A stretch of 59,746 nt of DNA, filler included, from Basidiobolus meristosporus CBS 931.73 (Eukaryota > Fungi > Basidiobolomycota), in NCBI GenBank assembly GCA_002104905.1. It is 3 parts of 3 records of this genome, joined end to end, with 100 filler letters (N's around TTAATTAATTAA, not from the genome) between each part and the next. Parts side by side here need not be neighbours in the genome. Positions count along the whole stretch, not along the records: positions 26,930 to 44,304 come from MCFE01001091.1; positions 44,405 to 59,746 come from MCFE01001150.1; 1 more part is not named here. One strand, given 5' to 3'. The position numbers and the translations under genes are program-made. Below the pieces are notes generated by a model. That model saw only the letters and a program-made list of their open reading frames with translations. It did not search any database and was not told where the DNA came from. Below, in pieces: positions 34,135 to 44,779 of this stretch (within the stretch, counting starts at the first letter, position 1; each line of letters begins with the position of its first letter).

Positions 34135-34710
34135 TCACCATGACCAAACCTTATATGTGTATTGTATGGCTTTTGTCTTTATTTTCTGGAGTATGCTAGT
34201 GCTAATTCTAGTATCTTTGAAATGGCGACGAGCAGATCTCTTATACTTCTTGTACCCCCCTCTGAGTGCACGTGCTGCTGACTGAGTGATGATAATTTGT
34301 GGCTGTTGCTGCTTAGGTTGGTAGAGGGTTTGATCAATGACTTGCGCTTGGTCGAACATGCTTGAGTTGGATAAGGCATTGGCTTTACTGGAAGCATGGC
34401 CATTGATGTTGTTCAGTAAGGCTTGGGATGGTTGTAAATTTGAAATGTCGAACCCTTGCAACCCAGAGAGTGCTGGCTGCTCACCCGAAGTCTGGCTCAT
34501 TTGCATTGGCCCACTCATCTCCGAATCATCCTCCTCCTCAATTGATGGCTGGTGTTCTTGGCTGGGGGCCTAAGTGTCCTGATAACAAGCACCCAGTTGT
34601 TCGACGCATGTCTCATTGGTGAAGGCTACCTGGGAGCCATCGAGTGGGGTAGCGGAGATTGCTTGCAGTGAAGCGATGGCGGAAACTAGCAAGAGGAAGG
34701 AAGGCTGCAT
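34135..34710 (-). pseudogene. secreted-protein family B, copy 2 (TAG at 34570-34572; divergent 3' end)
   Basis: MQPSFLLLVSAIASLQAISATP...QDT*APSQ; homology to copies 1 and 3 ends after RRHFK. Confidence 0.75.
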
Positions 34711-34939
34711 GACTGGCTGGTGAAGTCATGCGGACTCTCCCGATTTATATCACCTCGATCCCACACAACTAGCTTTATGCGAGCTAGATTGATCTAAGCT
34801 ACTTCTTAAAAAATGACCCCAAGCCTTATGTGAGACAGTGCATACACGAAATAGTAATCAGCATTTAATTTCAACCAAGTGCTTTATAGTATAAAGCTAG
34901 CAGTAGACAATGAGAATGTAGACGTGGGAAGAGTGATGC

Positions 34940-35671
34940 TTAAAAGAGGGCACAGTAGTTCTTGGCGCAATTAGTGTTGTCAAAAACGCAGTCCGAGTCC
35001 TTGGTGCATGTCTGATATTCGGAGCCACTGCAAAAAGACTTTAGCGTTAGTAAGAATGCAAACTTACTAAATAATACCTATATGCTACCTTTGAATATTG
35101 TTGATGTAACACCACTCTGGTGCACTTTGCGGGGGTGCTGCATATCCAATGCCAAACGAGATAATCCCTACTCCTCCATGGCACTGAATACCTTGTAAGC
35201 TACTGTTTCTGTACAGGAAATTTCATGGCAACTTACTCTTCTCCAGCAGTAACCTTTGTTACAGCCGCAAATATCCTTGCCGCCTTTTTGCTTAGTAATC
35301 CCACAGACGAGGTTTGAGTTCTCCCAGCTTTTTGCTGTCTGCTCAAAGCGATCCAGGGCCTCAAAAAATACGTCAACCCCATTAGTTGCGTCAAGAGCAC
35401 GCTTTGCCACACTATTGCTCGGTGCTCCCAGGCTTTGAGTAAGCTCCTGGATCATCTCCACACATTCCGCAAACCTCACTTCCTTACCAGTGGGAATGGC
35501 CTTGAGTGAAGATGGAAATTCTTCACTACATGCCTTTACGTTTTTATATAGCTCCACATACTCGGGGGTTGCCGTAATACTGGGCTGGTCGCGGTCAAGA
35601 GGAGCGGCAAAAGAGGATGCAATCATGGAGATCACCATGGCACTGGCTAAGAGGATATTTCTGAAAAGCAT
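34940..35671 (-). CDS. 3-exon secreted pre-pro-protein with a 10-Cys C-terminal domain (205 aa)
   Basis: Exons 35671-35237, 35183-35089 and 35027-34940 total 618 nt, in frame. Introns: 53 nt (GTAAGT..CAG) and 61 nt (GT..TACTAAC..GCAG). Signal MLFRNILLASAMVISMIASSFA and a KR site. Confidence 0.8.
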
Positions 35672-37162
35672 TTTGTCGTTAAGTGTTTCTTGAATGGTCA
35701 CTCCTCTTTGGACTTCATATTCGTATATGTGTATCTTCTTAGTTCCCACGATTATCAATTACTAAGTTTTAAGTCATACAACATGCAGGCACTGGCGACT
35801 TTATATTAAATTGGTAATCCACCTTTGGTAATCCACCTGGAGGTTTAGTCTTTCAGGCGAAATACGCTTGATTTGTCATATTTTTGTATTTCAGGTACAT
35901 GCAACTGAATGACTACAATATCGTAAAGAAAAGTCACCCAATTATGAGTAATCGGATTATTATTTGCATTGATCCAAGCTGAAGGCTCACTTTTATTACA
36001 TATAGATTATATTTTTCCACTTGAGCAAGTGTTCATATTTTTCCAGATAGACTTCGATACATTTGCTGTTGAACAACTAGCCGATATTGGGCTTGACTTC
36101 GGCTGGATGCTTTGCTTTTTTGAGAATGGTTCTTGTTTGCACCCATAATTGCAATAATCCTTTGATTGGTATCAATGAGCCATTGGTTGTAAAGCTGGTT
36201 AAAGAGGCTCGGCCGTTGATATAGAATGGCAAAGTACCTTTTTTAGCAAGGAAGCCCTTGAGCCACTAAAGTAAGGTTATGATGACTAGTTTTAAAGAAT
36301 CTTCAACTACCACAATAGGTGCTAAGATATGTGGGCTTGCCGTTAATATTGATCACGTTTGGGAAGAACCCAGGAATTCGTTGGCCACATTTCCAAAATT
36401 GGCTCCAACATAAATGAGTTAGATCACGTTCCAAAACTGAAAACAGTCCAGTTTATCCGGTATAAAGTAGCACTATTCGCAGGTTAAATTCATTACTATG
36501 TAATCATAACCAACAGCAGTGGATTCAACGGGGTAGTATGAGAAGATGTCAGGGTTCTCAATTCTAACTCCTTTATTTGATTGTTTGCTTTGTATTTTTA
36601 CCTCATTGTGAGTGTATGCGATTTGTCTTTTTTTTTTGGGCTACTAAGTGGTCTTTGTACGCGTTGATGTCACTTAACATCGACTGACTCCTTACTTTGT
36701 ATCAAAAATAAGCTGGTGAGGTGGCGTTCAGGTCGCAATCTCTTCGGAGGCTCATCACTTTTATTATGTTCCTAAAGCTTGCATAAGAATAATTGCAGCA
36801 ACCTCAAGAGGAAATATCACTATGCTAACAGTCACTGAGCAGTCTGTCAATCTCGAATATTTGTGTTACCAAGTTCAATCCGGTAACACTGACCGATATT
36901 CTCTCTAATATCGTACTTTTAGGTGGATAGCAGCATTACTAAAGACTGAGGGTCCGTATTTTGGTACGTAAGTGAACATCTAATACTAATGTCAGTAATT
37001 CTGATAATGATACAGGCGTGTGCAAGTAAAAAGCACTGGAGGCACAGTTAATGATAATCACAAGTAACAACAGATATAAGAATGTCATTTCAATTTTATT
37101 GATTGAAGATTTTCAGTAATAGTGTGGTGATGGCTGCCTACATTTGAAGCATTGTCACCGCA

Positions 37163-37660
37163 CTAATTGTATAAAACATTTTTCTCTGGACAATCTTCTA
37201 CGCATTGCATTTCTGCCACAGGGGTTGTGTATTGTACATCTTGGGTGGGCTGCATCAGAGCGTAGGGAGAGAGAGAACCATCGTCCGAGTGTTCCGCTTC
37301 CTGTTGCTTGGCATATTCTAATGCGTTGGCCCCACCCTCTAGTTCGAGACTGGGTCCTGCTTAGTACTTGACATTGAGGCCTTTATTGCTGTTGGCATTA
37401 GCAATGTTCAGGTTATCGTGCTTTCTGGTCACCGTGGTGAAAACCTGTCGCAATAACGGGGATTAAACATTGAACGTCTTAACAATAAGCAAAACTCGAA
37501 CGTTTTGGTAGCAATCGTTCGCATACTGTGCACATGTTAAGCTACGATAATGCACCCTTCTTTGCTCGCGAGTGCATGGAGAAGAACAGCCGATTGGGGC
37601 AGCAACGGCAACTTGATTCGCGGCAAGGCCTAGAATCACTGTTATGGTAGTAGAGCGCAT
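37163..37660 (-). pseudogene. secreted-protein family A, copy 3 (two CAA>TAA stops at 37463 and 37361)
   Basis: 166-codon frame; copy 2 has CAA (Gln) at both stop positions. Confidence 0.75.
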
Positions 37661-37998
37661 GCTGAAGAATAGCTGAGAAATAAGTTAGTTACATAGGCCG
37701 CTATATAGCGTGGAAGGCTATATAAAAAGGTTAAACCGAGGGCATAAAGTGAGTATTATTAGATACATTCTGTTATGGACTTTATTGAGGAAACCTGTAT
37801 CATATAAAACGCATGCGCTGGAATGACAGCCTCTGTGTATATATATGGTTCTATCACCGCTGCCCATAATTCTCTTCATTGTGTACAACGATAAGTGTCA
37901 CTATTTTTGCGTGTGCGTATCGGCATTTCTTGAGTACTTGTACATCATCAGTATACCTGGTGATATGTTGCTCATTTTGTTTCGTAAATTTACTTATA

Positions 37999-38550
37999 CT
38001 AGACTTGATGTATGTTTCCACTGAAATATCTAACTTTGAAGTGGCGATGAGCAGATCTCTTATACTTCTTGTACCCCCCTCTGAGTGCACGCGCTGCTGG
38101 CTGAGTGATGATAATTTGTGGCTGTTGCTGCTTGGGCTGGTAAAGGGTTTGATCAATGACTTGCGCCTGGTCGAACTGGTTTGAGTTGGACAAGGCATTG
38201 GCTTTACTGGAGGAATGGCCATTGATGTTGTCCAGCAAGGCTTGGGATGGTTGAAGATTGGAAATATCGAGCCCTTGCAACCCAGAGAATCCTGGCTGCT
38301 CACCCGAAGTCTCGCTTGTCTGTATTGGCTCACTCATCTCCGAATCGTTCCCCTCTTCAGTTGACGGCTGGTATTCTTGACTGGGGGCCAAAGTGTCCTG
38401 ATAACAAGCACCCTGTTGTCCGAGACATGGCTCATTAGTGTAGCCCACCTGGGATTCACCGAGTGGGGTAGCAGAAATTGCTTGCAACGAAGCGATGGCG
38501 GAAACTAGTAAGAGGAAGGAAAGCTGCATGACTGGCTGGTGGAGTCTCAT
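37999..38550 (-). CDS. secreted-protein family B, copy 3 (183 aa)
   Basis: Intact ORF with the same architecture as copy 1. Confidence 0.75.
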   Translation of the reverse strand: MRLHQPVMQLSFLLLVSAIASLQAISATPLGESQVGYTNEPCLGQQGACYQDTLAPSQEYQPSTEEGNDSEMSEPIQTSETSGEQPGFSGLQGLDISNLQPSQALLDNINGHSSSKANALSNSNQFDQAQVIDQTLYQPKQQQPQIIITQPAARALRGGYKKYKRSAHRHFKVRYFSGNIHQV

Positions 38551-39868
38551 GCGAATTTTGCCGATTTATATCACCTCGATCCCACTCAATTAGGCTTCGT
38601 TCATAGCACTAGCTTGATGCAAGCTAGATTGTTTTAACCTTTGCTATTTTACCTCTTCGTACCAAGGCTACACAGTATAGGTTGCACTTTAAAGTGTGAA
38701 GAATGAGGGCAAGTATCTCTTACGATAGTCCTATCATTGCCTGGAAGGTATTGTCCTTTGGTAGTGCTGTTTTCTTGCTATACACATGCTTAATTATATT
38801 GCTGATCTTACCCTGCCGCAACTGGAGAGCTGCCACCACAGTCAAGCTTTGGGGCACGCTTATTAAATTAACCAGTTATTACAAGAACCTAGGGTTGTTG
38901 CTGATTGATGAACTATACGACTGTCATGGGGTGTACAGCACAGTACAGGCGAGAATAAATTGACTAGCTGTTTGCCAAGAGTTGGGGATATTGAGTAGAT
39001 AGTGCTTGGGACAGTCGAGGCTGCCTCGGGATTTCTTGTTGTAGTACACGCGTTTTCAATTAGTTATTTGTCAAGAAACAAGCCAAATGTGACTGTTCGC
39101 TTTGTTTGTGTTGCGCTTTAATTATCCTACTACAATCGATAGCTTGGATGGCGATGCTTTCTTGCTAGACACATACTCTTGTCAATTGCTAACTTCACCC
39201 TGCCACAGATGGAGTACAGCGTCGGATTAAGAGCTCAGCCACCGACTATCACGGTCATTCTTTTTGGCAGGTTTATTATATAATCTGTTATTACAAGAAC
39301 AGACTCATTGCTGATTGGTGCAAATCCTTGTCGCCAATGACCGGCATGGTGCGTAGAGACTGTGCCGGCAAGAAGGAATTATACACGGTTGTGTTTGCCA
39401 GTACGGTAAGAAATCAGCCAGGGTCATAGAGACTAATGTGTGTTGGTTCTAATGGCTTTGGGTTGGACTTTCCGTTGGTGAATTTTGGCAATGGGCTATG
39501 GCATCAGAATTGAAGTTGATGACGCTCCTTGCCTCGCTATTCAATAGAAAAGTATGTTGAGAAGGATAGTGGTTAATATATTTTCCGTGCAATTACTCAT
39601 TGAATCATTGTCAGCCAACATGTTGTAAAACTTATTTCCTCAGGTAATGTTGCAGATTTGGCCTCAACTGTAGTCATTCATGATTCTCCAAGCTTGGCCT
39701 AAGACTCAGCACTTTAGGTGGGAAGCCGCTATACTTAGTAGAAAAGGGCACATGAAGCAGCCGTGAGTATAATTACACAACACTAAGCCACCCCCTGGAT
39801 AAGGTGATATAAAGCAGTAGGTGTAGGCTTGCCAGTCTCAAGACTTATTGCGCTCCACTTCCTCAGCC

Positions 39869-40085
39869 ATGGTATCCGATCAAGAAGCCCGTTTGTATTC
39901 TGCCAATGTCAGAGAAGAAATTGCCAGAGCAAAGAGAGCTAACAGCGGGAACTACGCCTCAGTCACAGTCAAAGGGATTTGCTGAACTTGGAGAGGACCC
40001 GGAACTGGCCAGCTGTCCTTCAAGCAGATCCTCGAAGGGAGAAAAGGGACCGCTTGCGTGGATAGCCAAATATTTAATCTCGTAG
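39869..40085 (+). pseudogene. family D copy (TGA at 39983 and a net 2-nt deletion)
   Basis: Collinear with 29271-29489. Confidence 0.55.
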
Positions 40086-41046
40086 GGTTTGGTTGGTGCC
40101 TACTTAGCCGGTGGACTCTTGGAGATGTTGCTGTTAAGGATATTTAGCTGAAGCATTGTGAATTAATAAACATTCCTTTGACCCAGTTGTATTATGGTCA
40201 TTGCACTTTATTAAATATGTGTGAGCTGCTACTTTGATTGTCTAAGTATAGCGTGAGAGCAGAGTCTTACCCCGGTCATGCATTTGATCAGATATACGTG
40301 TACAACTGCCATGTACAGGCATCCGTTCCAGCAATCAGTATCGTGTCACACGCTCCATACTTCTGAAGACAATCAATTTCTGTTGCGGTCAATATGATAT
40401 GGCACCCCTGAGGTCTCTCAGGTACCTGGAGAGGTCTTCGCTTTTGCCTTAGTAGATGATATAGGCCGTTTAAGCATTGGTTTCCGGTAACCTGGATTCC
40501 TTGGCTTTAGAAAAGGCATTGTTTAACTTCTGTTACTAAACAATTTGGATCTCAGCATATATCCTAAATAACCTTGAGACCGTTATGCTTCTATCAGCAG
40601 AACACCACTTTGAGTCTGTAGCATCTATGTAAGTGCTAAAGAAATCAACGTGTCTACGCTGGTCTAAGGAGAAAAAATAGAGTATCTTGAACTCTTATTT
40701 TGAGTACTCCTAGAAAATAAAGTATCTTACAGCCATATAAGTATTTTGCTAAATGCTGAGCTCTACAACCTTAGTTATTGTACCTAGAAAGAGCATGGCA
40801 AATCTGGTGAGTTGCTGTTCAGTGCCTTCTGGCCCACAGGTGCAATATAGAGTGAAGCTTACAATGTGTCTACCCACATTGACTTAAGCTAGAAATACAA
40901 AGTGCCAGCAATTGACTAAATAGACATAGTTGGAAATAAGCATTTGCTTTACTCCTATATTACTCAAATACCTTAGTATTCAACTTGGCTAAGTGTCTAT
41001 TAGCAGTTTATGTATTTGGGAGTTTGCCTGCAGGTTAAGTGACCTT

Positions 41047-41232
41047 AAAAAAGGTCAAAAAATGGATTTTCTCCAATACAATGGGTGAAACACAGAGGCT
41101 ACTTGGCATGTAGATGTAGAACTATGTTATACATTGTGTGGCGAGATATAGATGTGCTGTGCCCCTCTGCAACACTATGACACTATTTGGCACTCATGGG
41201 TCAGTGTGGCGCTATCCAGCAGAACAAGTCTA
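41047..41232 (+). mobile_element. fragment of the fold-back element arm
   Basis: aaaaaggtcaaaaaatggattttctcc...cagaacaagtcta matches 52970-53152. Confidence 0.85.
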
Positions 41233-41856
41233 TTATATGATTCTTTTGGTTTGGCTAAACCTACTGCTTTTAGTATCTCAGGTTCTATTGTTTTTACAGA
41301 CAAGGATAAATATTTTCTTGGGGGTGAATATGCTGAATAACCTTTCCGCAAGACTTGGTAATATGCTATTGTGAAATCCACACTTACCAGGTGTGGGACA
41401 AGTATTACTGTTGTCCAAGGTTGATGATTCTCTAAACAGAATAGGAGATTTTAAAGCGCCTCAGTTATACCTTTTTCAAATAATTGTTGCACAGATACAA
41501 CATGCTTTACAATACACTTGAAAGAAAAAGATCCAATATTGCATGGCAACTACTTCAACAAGTATTCTGGGCATAATTACCCTCTTAAAAGCTTACCCAA
41601 GGTATTTTTAGTTGCTGTACTTCTCAATAGATGTGTAATGCTTGTGTGCAGAACAGGATTTTCTCTTGAACAGTTTTTCTTCAGATACCGGGAACAAAAA
41701 CAGATATGTTTAATAAACAATATCCAAAACAATTGGAATGTTTGTACTTCTTAACGCCTACACTGGATAATATACAACAAAGGATAATGAGCCTGCTACA
41801 TGGTATAATCTACTACTTTGGGCTTATTTCCCAATTTGTCCAAGTAACAAAAACAA

Positions 41857-41940
41857 GGGTTAGGGGAGGGAAAGTCACCAATGTAGGTGAGATCTTTATT
41901 TGATTTCAGACAAGTCTAATTACAAATAAAGAAGCCAGCT
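41857..41940 (-). repeat. diverged second copy of the retroelement 3' terminus
   Basis: agggttaggggagggaaagtcacca..gatctttattt..aaagaagccag parallels 42106-42175. Confidence 0.7.
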
Positions 41941-42068
41941 GGGAATTGAGGATATCCAAAGTAAAAACTAAGTTAAATATGAATAAGTCTAAGCTAAAGT
42001 TAAGGCAGAATCCCAGAGTACACTGGAGTTCAGGTTCATGGGGGAGTGAAGTAGATGAGTTTGGGAGA

Positions 42069-42106
42069 TGTTGTGCATCAACATTTAAAACTTGGCCAAT
42101 TTCACT
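42069..42106 (+). repeat. 38-bp terminal stub of the chromovirus LTR
   Basis: tgttgtgcatcaacatttaaaacttggccaatttcact matches the reverse complement of 12037-12074 at 36/38. Confidence 0.85.
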
Positions 42107-44081
42107 TAGGGGTTAGGGGGGGAGACAGTCACCAACAGGTGAAATCTTTATTTCAGTTGAAACAAAGAAGCCAGTGCTACTGTTGTAGCTTTGATACAAG
42201 AGTGTGTAGCTGAGGGGAATTTGTAGGTAAGTTAATAAGAAGTGATGATAGTTCTTCAGTGCTCAAGACACTGTTCAGTGGGAAGGGGGGTAGCAAGAGA
42301 GGTAAGAATGACTTGTGAACAACATCAATGAGGGGAATGTGATAAGGATTGATATTCATCATAAAGGGAGTGTGCTGCTGCAGATATTGCTGCCAAAGGT
42401 CTGTCAAGTACTTCAGGTAGGCCAGCTTGGGTTTTTCTGACTGCAGAATATAGTGAGCAAACTTCTTGACTTCAGGATCTCCAAGTATAGTTCTCCAGCA
42501 GGAGCCAGGTGTTGTGTGGTGAGTTCTCTTCCAGGCCTTAATCAGTGGGTTGTTGCAGTTGTGAAGTCTGAGGTATAATCTGGTTCTAAGGTAGAGAAGT
42601 CTGATCTTATAGGGCATAAACCCAAAAGCACCAAGAATAGCATGTCTGTAGGGGCATTCAGGCAAATGAGGCACCAAGGAGGTAATGCACCATACTGCAA
42701 ACTTGTCAAGCTTAGTGCAGTCTCTAGAAGTAAGAGAGAGAAGTGGTAAGCCAAATTCCAGGACAGGGAAGACAAATTGCTTGAGTAGAAGGAGGCAGCT
42801 GGGAGCTGAAGTTGTAGGAGGAGCAACAGCCAGTAGCTTGTGGAGTGCCTGTCTTGCTAGGATAATTCTCTTCTTCAGGTGTGCTCCAGAGTCTAGTCCA
42901 GTAGGAAGGAAAGGAAAGCCAAGATATGTAGCAGAAACCTGAGCAGGTAGAGTGGAGTTCTCCAAGTTGATGGGAGAGCCCAAAGGTACTCTCTTTGCAA
43001 TGGAAAGCTGGAGATTATTCTTCTGCAGATACTGGTGGATGGTCTGGGAGTCTTGTTGCACATTGGAGGAGGATATTCTGATGTCATCAGCAAAGAGAGT
43101 AACCAGGCAGTCAGCTGAGAGTCTTGGGAAGTCATTCAGGAAGATGGCAAACAATATAGGACCAAGCACAGAGCCTTGAACCACTCCATTAGGAACTGAG
43201 AACACTGGTGATTGCTCACTTGGGTGCAGAATTCTTGCTTGTGGATCCAGAAACAGAGACCTGACAAGGAGGGTGAGAGAGGTACTGGAGAAGCATTGCA
43301 ACTTGGACCATAGCAGATTTCTGTCAACTGAATCAAAGGCCTTAGTAATATCAAACAGAGCTGAGGGATACTTGCACTGGAGAGAGTGATCTTGGCTAAG
43401 TATGACTGCATATTCCAAGGAGAGGCCAGGAACAAAGCCAAACTGTGCAGGATGAAACTTGAGGAAGTCAGAGTAGAGCTCCTGAGCAAGCAGAAGCTCA
43501 AACACCTTTCTGCAGGTGGGCAGCAGAGATATTGGCCTGTAGGAGCTAGGATCCAGGTGCTTTCCTTTACCCTTGTACAGTGGCAGAACATTTGCAAAGG
43601 ACCATTCCTCAGGAGTAGAAAGCTGGGCTGAGCATTGCTGAAACAGTGGAAGCAGAAGTGCAGACATGGCCTTGGTACTAGTCTTCAGAAGCTCATAGGA
43701 GATTGTGTCCACACCTGGAGCAGTAGAGTTGGGAAGCCTCTTGAGCACATTATGGATTCTCCTTTGATCAAGTGCAAGTGGGATGGGCAGAGTCTTGAAG
43801 TCAGGATGAAAGCCAGGAGTTGAGTACTGCTTTGTAGAGAAGAAGATGTTAGCCAGCTGTTCTGTTGAAGGTAACTTCCTGGAAGAGGGCCTCATTGCCC
43901 TGTAGAGTCTTGATACTGTTCTTGTTATAGAGTTGGAAGATTGCAGAGGCAAAGAACTCATAATATGATCCCAGAGCTGAGTATGCAGAGTGTGGTGAAT
44001 TGCCTTGAAGTGGTGTATTGCTGTCAGGAGGAGTTTCTCTGTTTTTGGGTTAGGGAAACTCAGGTAGCTTTGTTGCAGGGC
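42106..44081 (-). mobile_element. 5'-truncated non-LTR (LINE-type) retroelement abutting the telomere
   Basis: RT motifs APGVDTI, YRPISLL, QFGF, DITKAFDSV, GVVQGSVLGPILF, LFADDI, YLGF. 3' end has AATAAA then CCCCTAACCCCTAA with no poly(A). Confidence 0.9.
42177..44081 (-). CDS. LINE-type reverse transcriptase; frame open for 634 codons up to the telomere junction
   Basis: The 594-aa track ORF extends 40 more stop-free codons (ALQQSYLSFPNPKTEKLLLTAIHHFKAIHHTLHTQLWDHI) to the first CCCTAA, so the M at 43961 is probably internal. Confidence 0.88.
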   Translation of the reverse strand, partial: ALQQSYLSFPNPKTEKLLLTAIHHFKAIHHTLHTQLWDHIMSSLPLQSSNSITRTVSRLYRAMRPSSRKLPSTEQLANIFFSTKQYSTPGFHPDFKTLPIPLALDQRRIHNVLKRLPNSTAPGVDTISYELLKTSTKAMSALLLPLFQQCSAQLSTPEEWSFANVLPLYKGKGKHLDPSSYRPISLLPTCRKVFELLLAQELYSDFLKFHPAQFGFVPGLSLEYAVILSQDHSLQCKYPSALFDITKAFDSVDRNLLWSKLQCFSSTSLTLLVRSLFLDPQARILHPSEQSPVFSVPNGVVQGSVLGPILFAIFLNDFPRLSADCLVTLFADDIRISSSNVQQDSQTIHQYLQKNNLQLSIAKRVPLGSPINLENSTLPAQVSATYLGFPFLPTGLDSGAHLKKRIILARQALHKLLAVAPPTTSAPSCLLLLKQFVFPVLEFGLPLLSLTSRDCTKLDKFAVWCITSLVPHLPECPYRHAILGAFGFMPYKIRLLYLRTRLYLRLHNCNNPLIKAWKRTHHTTPGSCWRTILGDPEVKKFAHYILQSEKPKLAYLKYLTDLWQQYLQQHTPFMMNINPYHIPLIDVVHKSFLPLLLPPFPLNSVLSTEELSSLLINLPTNSPQLHTLVSKLQQ

Positions 44082-44304
44082 TTAGGGTTAGGGTTAGGGT
44101 TAGGGTTAGGGTTAGGGTTAGGGTTAGGGTTAGGGTTAGGGTTAGGGTTAGGGTTAGGGTTAGGGTTAGGGTTAGGGTTAGGGTTAGGGTTAGGGTTAGG
44201 GTTAGGGTTAGGGTTAGGGTTAGGGTTAGGGTTAGGGTTAGGGTTAGGGTTAGGGTTAGGGTTAGGGTTAGGGTTAGGGTTAGGGTTAGGGTTAGGGTTA
44301 GGGT
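44082..44304 (+). repeat. telomeric repeat (TTAGGG)37, G-strand pointing to the contig end
   Basis: 223 bp of perfect repeats ending at the linker; probably a true chromosome end. Confidence 0.97.
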
Positions 44305-44404
44305 NNNNNNNNNNNNNNNNNNNNNNNNNNNNNNNNNNNNNNNNNNNNTTAATTAATTAANNNNNNNNNNNNNNNNNNNNNNNNNNNNNNNNNNNNNNNN
44401 NNNN
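44305..44404. other. artificial contig linker N44-TTAATTAATTAA-N44
   Basis: Identical to 26830-26929. Confidence 0.97.
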
Positions 44405-44779
44405 GAAGACTAGAATGTATGGGAACCAGTGAAATGAACAGTTGGCACAAAGCAGCAGTGATCCCTCCAAAGTTCATAGAAGGGGGTGTAATAGCACAAA
44501 AACTTATTGAATAACAGATTTAAATGGGGTCACTTGTTAAGTGTGAGGTTGGCTCAATGTTAGTGTTGTGTATAGGGACTTGTATAGGCCAATATAATTG
44601 ACAATTTAGATACAGTTGAGGCTTCAATGGATATAACATATTTTGTGCTTGAAAAGTAAGAGAAATGGTTGAGTCAGGAAATAAGGAGTGTAAAAAAGTG
44701 GCAATACCCAATCAGTATACACAAATGTAGGAGGTGATTGTATGTCTGGGACAAGAAAGTGAGAGAATTGGCATTGAAC

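Larger units (their letters stand above)
37550..41450 (+). repeat. segmental duplication unit 3
   Basis: Direct repeat of 26930-30520, with a fold-back arm inserted near 41047. Confidence 0.9.

Noticed and set aside
43941-44360. 139-aa poly-(GL) ORF
   Set aside because: Translation of the TTAGGG tract running into Ns; not a gene.
44082-44404. Interstitial telomere or chromosome fusion
   Set aside because: The tract ends at an artificial linker, so the following sequence is not known to be adjacent.
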